Assembly (NCBI RefSeq): GCF_023055435.1
Contig: NW_025963779.1
Coordinates: 18,600,001 to 18,664,000 of the forward strand
Origin: Haliotis rufescens
Taxonomy: Eukaryota
Length of the DNA: 64,000 nucleotides
Reading direction: 5' to 3'
Both the position numbers and the translations under genes were made by a program. Numbering within the stretch: the first letter of the stretch is position 1; the number at the start of each line of letters is the position of its first letter. The notes beneath the pieces were generated by a model, which worked only from the letters and a program-made list of their open reading frames with translations, did no database searches and was not told the origin of the DNA. Positions 49,938 through 62,555 of this stretch are shown piece by piece.

Positions 49938-51789
49938 AACTTAAAACAAGAATTGCAGTTAGATCCGCTATCTGTCATAGATCTCCTAAAGCCAAGAGAT
50001 GCAAAAGCGAAGGCCAAACTAACTCTATTTCTGAGAGATGGACAGCTACTCGAAGGTATATAAACAGAGCAGCCAAGGATAAAAAATGAAATTATATCAA
50101 TATACTAAAATAGAAATCATATCAATACAAAAACAGAAATTATGTGAATACCAAACTCACAATAGATATGTGTACCCTACTCACGCACATCGGTCCCAAA
50201 GAGGGACAGGTCAGCCGAAATTGCTTAGGCAGAAGGCGACCTCTTAAACACTTAATGCAACAACAACAATCAATACGTAATATACTTAAACAGAAGTACA
50301 AGCCAAACTTGGATCAGTGAAGAAGCCTGGTGATGTGGACTACTTGAGTTATAAGTGCGTCTTACCGTTAACACAGTCATCTCAGACTTATAGGATACCA
50401 GTGTAAATACTCATTAATAAATAGAAAGTAAATGTACAATGTGTGATTACATCTTTGTACCACAGAAAAGTATTACTTCTCAAAAGTAATGAAGAATGAG
50501 AGAAATAAGCTCGGGAAACACATTTCGGTTCTAAATTAACATTCCTACTCCAGACTTCAGTTTATCCGAGGCGATCAGACCAAATTAACAAATTAAAGGG
50601 TCAAGTGTTGGGGGATTAGAAATCCTTAAGAGGGGTATAACGGTATATTGACCTTCGGGTAGACATCCTGAGCTTGAAATGACATAGATCAAATACAATT
50701 AAATAACAAAAGCCATTGAACTAATTAACGACAAGCGTCAGCGACATACAGAAAGGAATGCTGAGCACAACACCAAACTGCAAGTGATGTTTGCACTAGT
50801 AATCATTGTTTACATATAAAAGCGAAAACTGGCCTGTGGGTAAATATAACATTTATTGACAGAAAGTGTAAAATATGTAATGAACAGTGCGTGGGAGACT
50901 AAAACCAGGATGTATTGCTATTGACGTTGAATATCCTTGTTATAAGAATGAAACGAAATTGTACTCTTAGACAAATATTATTGTGTTAATCCTATTTGTT
51001 ATAACTTTCAGATTTTACTAGCGCAGCCAGTAATGAGACGTGTATACTATCTATTTGTTAATTTTCAGTGATTCATTCATATCATTTTTACTGCTGTTTT
51101 GTATTTTACGCCCAATGGAATCTGTTTCGGCACATCGTTTTTTCCTCTGGCGTTGCCGTTATATATTAGTCTCATGTTGCTCTAGTGAACGTCGGTGTCT
51201 GTGTTGCATGTCCATGTAGTGTTTTTGTTGTATAACTGTGAGTGTTTTTGTGGAATATAGATTGGTTGGGAGAAAAAACATTTAAGTGACTTTGTAAAGA
51301 ACGCTACCTAATACACCATCACCCAGGAAGATCGTCCACGTAGATGTTTAGCAATGAGGAGAATTGCAACAAAGGATTAAGCTCACGCTCAACTCGACAA
51401 TCAGCAACCAGCACGAGCAGCACCCTCCCCAGAGAAATGGCGAATCTTATTTAGCAACTAAAGGACTAATCTATATCATAGTCCCTGAACCATATTATTC
51501 TCTTCTGTCCAGCCCTCCCTGTAATGCTATAACCTAAATGAGGCATGTCCAGATTTTCCGCAGGTTGTGAATCTCCCAACTTACTGGGATTTCTTTCAAA
51601 GATTGGCAAATCTCGTCGGGGATATCACGCTAACAATAAAGTCTTTGATAGGCATTTAGAAGTTGGAAGAACATAGATAGCTTTCATGGATAATAAATTC
51701 TTTTTATTCTTTTCAACGATCTTTCAGAGATAATCCATGCCCCTTCCTCAGGTGAATACTAAATAAGAACATAGAGTTAATATATATAT

Positions 51790-53530
51790 GGTATTAAGTA
51801 GGATTGGGATAAAAATAATTCCACACTAAAAGGCCACAGGCCCATAGTACAATTCTATTTTCGGGAGTGGTTGCACATATGTTTAACAATTCATATTCTA
51901 AATAACATGGAATGATAAATGACCATTGGTAGATTTTAGGAGTAGAATTTTCAGTTGTTGACATGAACGATATATTTTTATGCTGAGTGGGATGTACATA
52001 AACAGGCAGTTCCATATAAATACTTCTTAGATAATCGTATTTTGGACAAACTAAAAGAAAATGAAACTCATCATCAATTACATTTAAATCACATTGCTCA
52101 CAAATCCTCAATTCTCTGGCTATGTTTCTATGTCTGCCTACTTCGTCTATGAGTCTACGAGAGCTGCATCTAAATTATGCTGGAGTTATTTTAAATCAGT
52201 ATTATTCTTTTAAAATTGATATAAAATAAAGAGTATTTAGGGGAAATATGTGTCTCAAAAGGTTTGTAATATTTGCATTTTTCTGAAATTAAAACCATTC
52301 TTGTAAATAGATATCCTTAAATCTTTGGCTTATAGATAATAAAAACGAATCTGGATCATTGGGTACACATTTATTATGCAAAAAAATAACATATCCATAG
52401 CCGCATTCATTTAATAAGGATTTTACATCATATACCCAATTGCGAATTCCATGTTTTTCATACAATAACATCATATTATAACTTTTTCTTTGTAATCTAT
52501 CAATAGGCATTTAAGAATCTTGGACTAATACTTAAGAATTCTAACATATAAAAATATGTAAAGTGGTACACGTCCACATTCACTAAATACCTCAACACTC
52601 GATGGACAGCGTTTGACTCCAAAGAATCATTGACAAGCATATAGATTGACCAGTTCAATAGCTCTTTATTCACTATGCCCCAGACCTCTGCTCCATATAA
52701 ACGAACAGGAGTAATTCTAAAAAAGGTTTTATATGAAAGATCAGTGAAAGATTTTTAAACTATGTAAGATACCGGTTGTCCGTTTAAGAGTGTGAGTGAG
52801 TTTGGTTTTACGACGCTTTTAGCAATATTCCAGCAATATCACGGCCGGGACACCAGAAATGGGCTTCACACATTGTACCCATGTCGGGAATCGAACCCGG
52901 GTCTTCGGTGTGACGAGCGAACGCTTTAACCACTAGGCTACCCGACCGCCCCTGTCAGTTTAAGAACCATTTACCCTTCTTGATAGTATACTAGTATTTC
53001 CCTTTCTAAAAACTAACACTTTCGTTTTTTCAGAGTTTTTTTTCAGATTTTGAAATTAGAACAGTCGAGCTGTAGCTTATCTATCAAATTCTGCAAACTT
53101 TTTATAGTACTAGAGAACATAGCTACATGTACATCGTCAGAAAAAAGCAACAAAAATATCTTAATAATATCTGGATGCAGCTGTATACCATCGGTACAGT
53201 TATCCTTAATTTGTGCAGAAAGTTTAAAAAAAAACAGAAAAGGAAAGGGCTAAGTATACAGCCTTGGTGTACACCAATGTTACAAGTAAAAACATCAGAA
53301 TACATTCCACGGTTTCTCGCAAATGACTTAACATTTTGATAAATAATACATAATAATTTTACCATTTTGTTACTCACACCATTTGAAAGAAACAATGACC
53401 ACATTATATTTCTTTTCTACTGCTCCACCTTTTTATTGCATGTATTTGTGCATATTCGCATTAAGTATAAAAAAATATTATCCGTGGGTGAGTTGCCTTG
53501 TCTAAAACCTGCTTTTCTTTTGAAATTTTG
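51790..53530 (-). mobile_element. Degenerate RTE-X/CR1-like LINE 3' fragment
   Basis: Broken frames GVHQGCILSPFLF, LYGAEVWG, RICEQC..DDEFHFLLVCP.Y..LR. Confidence 0.75.
52790..52952 (-). mobile_element. Family D SINE, full length with TSD, nested in a LINE
   Basis: tRNA-Asp-like head; TSD TGTC(C/A)GTTTAAGA at 52777-52789 and 52953-52965. Confidence 0.88.
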
Positions 53531-54179
53531 TTTAGTGAATCTGATCTTTATTACTCAAATATTTAAATCACCTATCGGCGGTACATGAGTACAAATAGAA
53601 TATTGCAGTATATAGCATGAAAATGTATTATTTGAATTTCATATTAATGTGTTTTAAGAACTTAGATAATTTCCTCATGGTTAGATATTCTTGTTTTAGA
53701 ACAGTTAACTGTATATTGAAAGGTAAGGCCATGTACAGTCGCAATCTTTTAAGAATGATTTACGTTCAATTAAAAGTATGGGCATTTAAAATAAAGAAAG
53801 TAATCCATCTCCAATAAATTTTGAATCGCAAAAAGTACACACCCTCTGTTCCCGAGGGAGGTTAGCCATTTTTCCAGTTTCTTTCGGGAGTCTATGTATG
53901 ATCACTTGTTTTAAAATAAAGGATAGTTTTAGAGAAATCGTCTGAAACAAGAAAGTTATTTTCGAAAGCGAGTCCTTCATGACCTTAAAATATATACCTT
54001 TAGATGAATCTTTCACATCACTCGTCCATGATTGCAGAAACTGTTTTGCTAACGTTAGTTCAACTTTTGCGATATTCCAGTTTTTGGTATATGCATGGAG
54101 ATTTTCAAATACATCAGGTAAACTGCATTTACAAGGAATAAATGTTACATGATTCAACCAAGGGAAGTCGTTACGTGCG

Positions 54180-54401
54180 TTATATAATCAAGTATAGAAG
54201 ATGCAATTATTATGTTATATAATCAAGTATAGAAGGTGCAATTATAATGTTATATAATCAAATATAGAAGGTGCAATTATAATGTTATATAATCAAGTAT
54301 AGAAGGCGCAATTATAATGTTATATAATCAAGTATAGAAGGTGCAATTATAATGCTATATAATCAAGTATGGAATATATAACATTATAATTGTACCTTCT
54401 A
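54180..54401. repeat. 35-bp tandem repeat (about 5.5 copies) ending in an inverted partial unit
   Basis: tatataatcaagtatagaaggtgcaattataatgt repeated; about 54376-54401 is the reverse complement of part of the unit. Confidence 0.85.
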
Positions 54402-55241
54402 ATTTACACTAATAGGTTACTATGCGTTTGGATAGTTTTAAGCTGAATAGGTTCTCTACCGAGGTCACTGTAAACCATAAAACTGGGGTGCTATTTCATA
54501 ATCTAGTAGCTATTTTGAGAAACTTAAGGTTTACACGTTCTATCACGTCACATTACCCGCAACCGCATGTTTCACACCAGCATAGCAATATTGGTAAAAC
54601 TAATTTATCAAATGTTGAGAGCAGTAGATCTACCAGTAGTTTGAAGTTCCTAGCACGTTTCAGGAGTGATAGTGAAGCTTTCACACCAAGTTCATTAATG
54701 TGCTTTACAGCAATATTTAGATGTCCATTTCGTTGTAATAGAGTTACTAAGTATGTATACGCATCTACGACCTATATTGTCTTATTAATGAAATAAATTG
54801 TTCCTTATAACTCGTTGCAGGCCCAATTCTAAAAAAACAGTAACTATGGTTCTATCAGAGTTTACATTCAGTTTCGGTATTTCGCAATATTTGTCAAAAT
54901 GATCAATCGTATGTTGTAAATCTACATTGGTTTCTGCTGGACGAACGAAACCGTCCACGTACAAGATATCTAGAAGTTTAAGATACAGTGTTAGGTTATG
55001 AGTTACAGAGTTAAGTTGTATTACACCACAGAGGTTTTTGTCTTAAAAAAGGTGTCCAAGTCATTCAGAAAAATTGAAAACAGAAGTGGGGACAAATTTC
55101 CACCTTGCCTAACCCCAAACGTGCATGCGCAGAAATCTGATTTATCATTTTTAACCTATAACACATGCTTTTATATCGTTGTATTTGATATTTTGTATCA
55201 AAGTGAGTATTTTGTCATTTTCTAACGTTTCTTATTACATT

Positions 55242-55313
55242 GGGGCGGTGGGGTAGCCAAGTGGTTAAGCGTTGGCTTGTTGCTAAAAGCGGCGTAAAAC
55301 AATACTCACTGAC
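55242..55313 (+). mobile_element. 72-bp internally deleted family D SINE with TSD
   Basis: A-box head joined directly to the tgctaaaagcggcgtaaaa tail; TSD TCTTATT(A/G)CATT at 55230-55241 and 55314-55325. Confidence 0.75.
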
Positions 55314-55460
55314 TCTTATTGCATTGCTTCATTTGATTGATAAGATTTTGAAGAATGAAAACATTGTCTACTGCAGAAAAACCCTTCCTGGCACCAGCCT
55401 GAACATATGGCATTAATTCATAGTGGTAATAAAATTTAGTTAAGCTTTCGTTTAGTATAC

Positions 55461-55744
55461 GGGGGGCACGGGTGGCCCAGTCGTCTAAGGCGCCGCGATT
55501 CGCTGTGCAGAGTTGCGTCCCTTAGGCACGCCAGAAACCTATGATTGTGGGTTCGAATCCCGGTTCGCCCCGATTATGTTTCTAGGTTTGTCAGCACCAT
55601 ACCCGTGCTCGTGGGTTTCACCGAAGTGGTAAACGTCTGAGACCTGCATCATTCGGGCTTTCCTCCCACATTAAGCTGACACGCCGCGATATAACTGGAA
55701 TACTGTTAAAAGCGGCGTTAAACCCAACTCACTCACTCACTCAC
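55461..55744 (+). mobile_element. tRNA(Leu/Ser-like)-derived SINE, family L, full length
   Basis: A box gtggcccagtcgtctaaggcg, B box gggttcgaatccc, (CACT)n tail; perfect 13-bp TSD TCGTTTAGTATAC at 55448-55460 and 55745-55757. Confidence 0.9.
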
Positions 55745-56991
55745 TCGTTTAGTATACCAGTAAAATAATATACCAAATCAGCTCAAAATGGAAATTGGTC
55801 GATATGAGACGGGATCCGTAGGGTTACCATTTTTCTAAATAATGGGTTTAATAATACCAGTTATTCAGGAAATATTCCAGTTTCAAGTACAGCATTAAAG
55901 TACTCGATGCTAAAATGATGTCAATGTTGACGACGAATTGAATAAATGTTCATTCAGTATAAGGTCTGGTCCTGGCGTTTTATTTCGTTTTAGTTTCTGT
56001 AAGGCTGCCATGACTTCGTCTGATGTAATATCAGCATTAAGTATAATGTCGTCGTATTCTGGTATATCCATGTCAAAATATGGTTCTGCGTTATCTTCAA
56101 CATGTTCAATACTATTTTCGTTTATATGCTAAAATTAAGCATGAAATGCTTTTAGTGGTACAGCGTTGTTATTGTCGTATGGTTGAGTTTTTAGCAATTT
56201 CCAATATTGCTTTGATGATACATTGATGATACATTCTGAAATTTTTGTAGTGTCAAGCCCAATGTGCACAGTTTCTGTCTTGATGTATTTATTCAGTCTT
56301 TTTATAGTCTTTCCTGGCTTTACTTAAAAGAGATTTGTTGGCTTCGATCTTGTTTACCTGGTAATGTTTTGGTATTTTTAAAAAGAAAGTGTTTATGTTT
56401 GCTCTTACATTCATGGCCAAACCAAGGTTTTTCTACAACGGCGCCAGCTGTTACTGCGTGTAGTGATCTTGACCTTATTCTGAACATTCTCGAATCATTT
56501 CCGCGCAGATTCAAACAGCACGTGCCTGATCGCCTGGGCCACTTCATTCATTGCCTCCACAGGATTGCCTTGACTTCCCGCAGTGACCTAGCTTTAAGAC
56601 TCAAAGTGTTTACATCATAAGCTGCAATGTTCCTCATGGATTCATCGGTCTTATAAGTCATCAGATTTGCCTGGTTTACTTTCGGAATCGTCTGTAATAG
56701 TGTAGGTAAGTTTAGTATCCGGCTCTACTCTTGGAGACTTGTCGTTTAATACATTCAGGTTAAATTGAACTGGGCTGTGTACATCTGACAACGAAGGGCA
56801 AAAATCTGAAGAAACTACATAATCTATTGTGCTTCCACCTTTGCGAGTAGTTTTACCGTGAAATCTATCTGGACCAAATCTGTCATTACAAATGAATAGA
56901 TTGTGACTACGCATAATTCAATCATTCTAAATCCATAATTATTTTGTTTACCAGTTTGGGAATTCAAAGTCCTAGTTCAGTTCTGACCTCA

Positions 56992-56992
56992 T

Positions 56993-57041
<49 letters not shown>
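56992..57041. repeat. (ATC)n microsatellite, about 16 units
   Basis: Direct observation. Confidence 0.95.
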
Positions 57042-57546
57042 AGGTCTTACTTGTCAATTATGTGGTTATAAAAATTTGGTTATACATTGAAATCCCCAGT
57101 CAGTATTATTATATCTCTGTTTAATGATATATATCAAATTTGAACATGTCATCGTTTGAGAATCTAGAACATTCTTGGGGTAGGTATGCTACTTCTAAGT
57201 ACATATCATGGTTCAGGTCAAACATACTCCTGCTATTTTCACCCACAATACTGTTTCATTGTCATAGTCAAGTCACATATTGACAAATCTCTTACTGTTA
57301 AAGCTATTCCACCTGAACCTCTGTCGAAGGATTTTCAAGGAAGAAAAATATTGACGGAAATATATTGTATAACCACTGATTTTAATGTCATCTAGCGGTT
57401 CAGTTTTCGTTGTTGCAACCCTATAATATCATATTTCTCAATGAACTCGATATTGGATAGTCTTGTCTTTTTCTGAGTCCATAAAAATTTAAACTCACAC
57501 ATTTATAGGGTTCTTGATCTGCTCTATCTGTTCTGATGTCCTTAGA

Positions 57547-58924
57547 GTCAGTCTGGTCTCTCCAACCCCCACCGACCTCCCCCCTACAACACTGAGGGTC
57601 TGTGTGTCAGAGTACTGGTCGTGGGGTCGGGATTGTCCCTGTAAGGGGGTGGAGTAGGCACTGGGTGTCAGAGTACTGGTCGTGGGGTCGGGATTGTCCC
57701 TGTAAGGGGGTGGAGTAGGCACTAGGTGTCAGAGTACTGGTCGTGGGGTCGGGATTGTCCCTGTAAGGGGTTGGAGTAGGCACTGGGTGTCAGAGTACTG
57801 GTCGTGGGGTCGGGATTGTCCCTGTAAGGGGGTGGAGTAGGCACTGGGTGTCAGAGTACTGGTCGTGGGGTCGGGATTGTCCCTGTAAGGGGGTGGAGTA
57901 GGCACTGGGTGTCAGAGTACTGGTCGTGGGGTCGGGATTGTCCCTGTAAGGGGGTGGAGTAGGCACTGGGTGTCAGAGTACTGGTCGTGGGGTCGGGATT
58001 GTCCCTGTAAGGGGTTGAGTAGGCACTGGGTGTCAGAGTACTGGTCGTGGGGTCGGGATTGTCCCTGTAAGGGGGTTGAGTAGGCACTGGGTGTCAGAGT
58101 ACTGGTCGTGGGGTCGGGATTGTCCCTGTAAGGGGGTGGAGTAGGCACTGGGTGTCAGAGTACTGGTCGTGGGGTCGGGATTGTCCCTGTAAGGGGGTTG
58201 AGTAGGCACTGGGTGTCAGAGTACTGGTCGTGGGGTCGGGATTGTCCCTGTAAGGGGGTGGAGTAGGCACTGGGTGTCAGAGTACTGGTCGTGGGGTCGG
58301 GATTGTCCCTGTAAGGGGGTGGAGTAGGCACTGGGTGTCAGAGTATTGGTCGTGGGGTCGGGAGGGACCCTGTAAGGGGGTGGAGTAGGCACTGGGTGTC
58401 AGAGTATTGGTCGTGGGGTGGGGAGGGACCCCGTAACGCGATTGAGTAGGCACTGGGTGTCAGAGTATTGGTCGTGGGGTGGGGAGGGACCCCGTAACGC
58501 GATTGAGTAGGCACTGGGTGTCAGAGTACTGGTCGTGGGGTGGGGAGGGACCCCGTAACGCGATTGAGTAGGCACTGGGTGTCAGAGTACTGGTCGTGGG
58601 GTGGGGAGGGACCCCGTAACGCGATTGAGTAGGCACTGGGTGTCAGAGTACTGGTCGTGGGGTGGGGAGGGACCCCGTAACGCGATTGAGTAGGCACTGG
58701 GTGTCAGAGTACTGGTCGTGGGGTGGGGAGGGACCCCGTAACGCGATTGAGTAGGCACTGGGTGTCAGAGTACTGGTCGTAGGGTCGGGAGGGACCCTGT
58801 AAGGGGGTGGAGTAGGCACTGGGTAATGGGAATTGTCTACATAGAACTTGTCCACCACAATGTCAGCGCTGTTTACGGCAAACTTGGGTTGCCGAAGATC
58901 TATTCTACCCCGGATCTTCACGGG
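57547..58924 (-). mobile_element. Retroposon with a family P head carrying the 61-bp minisatellite
   Basis: Minus strand starts cccgtgaagatccggggtagaatagatcttcggcaaccc and ends in a cagactgact tail; TSD-like GTCCT(T/A)AGA at 57538-57546 and 58925-58933; inserted in the host LINE. Confidence 0.6.
57604..58823. repeat. 61-bp G-rich minisatellite, about 20 copies, two variant blocks
   Basis: Unit gtgtcagagtactggtcgtggggtcgggattgtccctgtaagggggtggagtaggcactgg; the distal block carries gtggggagggaccccgtaacgcgattg. Confidence 0.95.
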
Positions 58925-59999
58925 GTCCTAAGATGTTTAACTTTCCAAAGATCGACCTTGGTTTTCTAGTTCCTCTTCTTGTCTGCCCGATCATGTCCTA
59001 GGGTCCATTTTAAATACTTCCGCTGTATTCTCAGGTTCCTGAGCAGAGTCTTAATCGCTTCTCCCAGTGAATATTACGTTACCTCGCATAGATCTGCAGA
59101 GTTCACCTACCATATACTCTTTCATCTGTAGCCTTTTGGTGTCCACCTACTGGTGTCTGAAGCGTCTGTACATCCTTCTGAAGATATTTCTTGTCAACAA
59201 GCTACTTACCAAACTTACCACTGACAAACTCCATACCAGATTCAGTTACCAAAACCATCTCCTTAAGAGTATCTAACTCTGCAATATTAGACTCAAGTCC
59301 AGACTTTAACATGGATGTCAAGAATGGTTTTCTCTATCGTGTCAAGTTTTGTAAGTTCAATTTTAGTTCATGCTCCATGTTTTGAAGTAAATGGATAACT
59401 GTGTTCATATTGGGGTCACTTGTTTTCTGTAGCATTGTTTAGGATTCTGACAGGGTTAGATGGTGGTCCTAGCGATGGGGAGGCGCCTGCTTGGCTACAT
59501 ATAGTGACATCATGGCTTCTCTCACCGCGGCTCCGATGTGTCGATGTGACGTTGCGATCGGGGTATCAGGAATACTCCCGCCAGGATGGTTTTCGGGTGT
59601 GTTAGATGGTTTCTTCTTCTTCGAACGGGGTTCATGGGTTGGTGTTTTCTTTTCAGACTTCATTTTGTTATTTACAGTGAAGGTTAAAAAGTGAAAAGAT
59701 CACACTTCACAACACTACCGTGTTGCCGTGACGTCATTGATAATAGCAACAAATATTTTGGTAAAACACTCAGAAGGGTAATTCCTCAATATTTGTTTGC
59801 ATCTGTACATAAACCACATTTGTGTAGTGGAATAATCACACTCTCTTTTTGAGAAATAAGACGTTTCTAACATCATATTAATTCAAAGAGCACACATTGA
59901 ACCCGTAGGCATACTGAAGCGTAGTCGAATTGGCGTGGTGGCAATATGAGAATAACCCACAGTTCTTAACCGTTATGGGTGCCAGACTATATCTTTGTC

Positions 60000-60791
60000 C
60001 ATCTTCCCGAAGCAAGAGAGTTAACTGACTTTAAAAGTCCAGTTTCCACCCTTGCCGAACTAGGCTGGAATTCTTAGGCTCGATCGTAGCGCCACCAGTG
60101 GCTATTACGAGTTATGCCTCTCCTATGGACCGATCAGATTCCACCTCTCGTATCACTCGCATGTTTTAAACAAAATGGCGGCGCCCCGTCAAGACGATCT
60201 GATCAAGATCTATATTGTGATAAAACGGATCTTACATCGCGAAGTGCATCAAATCACGTGAGCACCTTAATTAAAACATGAAAAGATATGGAAAATATTT
60301 GTGACACCAAGTTGGCGGTGCACATGTTTTGCAAATCCTGCAATCGACCGACATCTACATGACAGTTTACGAACCGAATTTCGGTTTCGTTGCGCGATTT
60401 TGATTGGACCATGCATAGACTCGTTAGTCCAGCCAAAATCTAACTCCATAATACCAGCAAAACATGTGCACCGCCAACTTGGTGTCACAAATATTTTCCA
60501 TATCTTTTCATGTTTTAATTAAGGTGCTCACGTGATTTGATTCACTTCGCGATGTAAGATCCGTTTTATCACAATATAGATCTTGATCAGATCGTCTTGA
60601 CGGGGCGCCGCCATTTTGTTTAAAACAAATGCGAGTGATACGAGAGGTGGAATCTGATCGGTCCATAGGAGAGGCATAACTCGTAATAGCCACTGGTGGC
60701 GCTACGATCGAGCCTAAGAATTCCAGCCTAGTCCGACAAGGGTGGAAACTGGAATTTTTAAGTCAGATAACTCTCTTGCCTCGGGAAGATG
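60000..60791. mobile_element. Foldback-type family F element: inverted arms of about 334 bp around a 124-bp spacer
   Basis: 60000-60332 is a near-perfect reverse complement of 60457-60791; family F termini; flanks ATCTTTGTC / ATCATTTTC (7/9 match). Confidence 0.9.
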
Positions 60792-60990
60792 ATCATTTTC
60801 TTTCTCTGTGTACACTTCACAGATATTTAATTTCGGCATGAAATAGGTCCCCGATTCTCAGTATTGAACAGGGTGTATGGTGTTTTTTTTATAGTTGGTG
60901 GATAAAGCCAGAAAGAATGAAAGGCTACAGTGAAGAAACAATTTGAGACATCAAATACAGTACTCGCCCATTATTGATAACATCCCCATA

Positions 60991-62555
60991 ACACAATACA
61001 ATAATGACGCATTTGAGACACCATCCCACGTGGTATAACCCAATACAGTAATGACGCATTTGAGACACCACCCCATGTGGTATAACCCGATACAATAATG
61101 ACGCATTTGAGACACCACCCCATGTGGTATAACCCAATACAATAATGACGCATTTGAGACACCATCCCACGTGGTATAACCCAATACAGTAATGACGCAT
61201 TTGAGACACCACCCCATGTGGTATAACCCAATACAATAATGACGCATTTGAGACACCACCCTGCGTGTTATAACCCAATACAATAATGACGCATTTGAGA
61301 CACCATCCCACGTGGTATAACCCAATACAGTAATGACGCATTTGAGACACCACCCAATGTGGTATAACCCGATACAATAATGACGCATTTGAGACACCAC
61401 CCCATGTGGTATAACCCAATACAATAATGACGCATTTGAGACACCATCCCACGTGGTATAACCCAATACAATAATGACGCATTTGAGACACCACCCCATG
61501 TGGTATAACCCGATACAATAATGACGCATTTGAGACACCATCCCACGTGGTATAACCCAATACAATAATGACGCATTTGAGACACCATCTCACGTGGTAT
61601 AACCCAATACAATAATGACGCATTTGAGACACCACCCCATGTGGTATAACCCAATACAATAATGACGCATTTGAGACACCACCCCATGTGGTATAACCCA
61701 ATACAATAATGACGCATTTGAGACACCATCCCACGTGGTATAACCCAATACAGTAATGACGCATTTGAGACACCACCCCATGTGGTATAACCCGATACAA
61801 TAATGACGCATTTGAGACACCATCCCACGTGGTATAACCCAATACAATAATGACGCATTTGAGACACCATCCCACGTGGTATAACCCAATACAATAATGA
61901 CGCATTTGAGACACCACCCCATGTGGTATAACCCGATACAATAATGACGCATTTGAGACACCACCCCATGTGGTATAACCCAATACAATAATGACGCATT
62001 TGAGACACCATCCCACGTGGTATAACCCAATACAATAATGACACATTTCAGACACCATCCCACGCGTTGTAACCCAATACAATAATGACGCATTTGAGAC
62101 ACCACCCCATGTGGTATAACCCGATACAATAATGACACATTTGAGACACCATCCCACGTGGTATAACCCAATACAGTAATGACGCATTTGAGACACCATC
62201 CCACGCGTTATAACCCAATACAATAATGACGCATTTGAGACACCACCCCATGTGGTATAACCCGATACAATAATGACGCATTTGAGACACCACCCTGCGT
62301 GTTATAACCCAATACAATAATGACACATTTGAGACACCGCTCCACGTGTTATAACCCAATACAACAATGACGAATTTGAGACCCGGCCCAAGGTGTTATA
62401 ACCCAATACAATAATGATGCATTTGAGACACTGCTCCACGTGTTGTAACCCAATCCAATAATGACGCATTTGAGACACCGCCCAACGTGGTATAACTCAA
62501 TACAACAAGAACGCACTTGAGACACCATCCCGCGTGTTTTAACGCAATACAATGT
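60991..62555. repeat. 47-bp minisatellite, about 33 copies
   Basis: Unit caatacaataatgacgcatttgagacacca(tcccacg/ccccatg)tggtataacc; degenerates toward 62300-62555; source of the repetitive minus-strand ORFs. Confidence 0.95.

Larger units (their letters stand above)
53600..59725 (-). mobile_element. Near full-length but degenerate RTE-X/CR1-like LINE (ORF1 remnant, APE endonuclease, RT), interrupted by nested insertions
   Basis: Endonuclease motifs IILTGDFN, STIDY, LSDVHSP (56650-57510); KPWFGHEC; RT motifs PGPD.I.NE, QAG.RKG, GVRQG.NLSPL; C-terminal HRLPKETG..REQRVC. ORF1-like region about 58940-59663. Boundaries approximate. Confidence 0.7.

Noticed and set aside
52880-52952. tRNA genes at the tRNA-like sequences (also 5830, 8402, 55461, 25830, 39490)
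   Set aside because: Acceptor stems do not close properly, and each continues into a shared body and repeat tail, often with TSDs; these are SINE heads.
60925-62223. 432-aa and overlapping ORFs as real genes
   Set aside because: They are products of a 47-bp unit lacking stops; the same peptide appears in all three frames with no unique domain.
57604-62555. CRISPR-like arrays (61-bp, 47-bp and 63-bp repeats)
   Set aside because: Units are head-to-tail with no unique spacers, there are no cas genes, and the context is eukaryotic.
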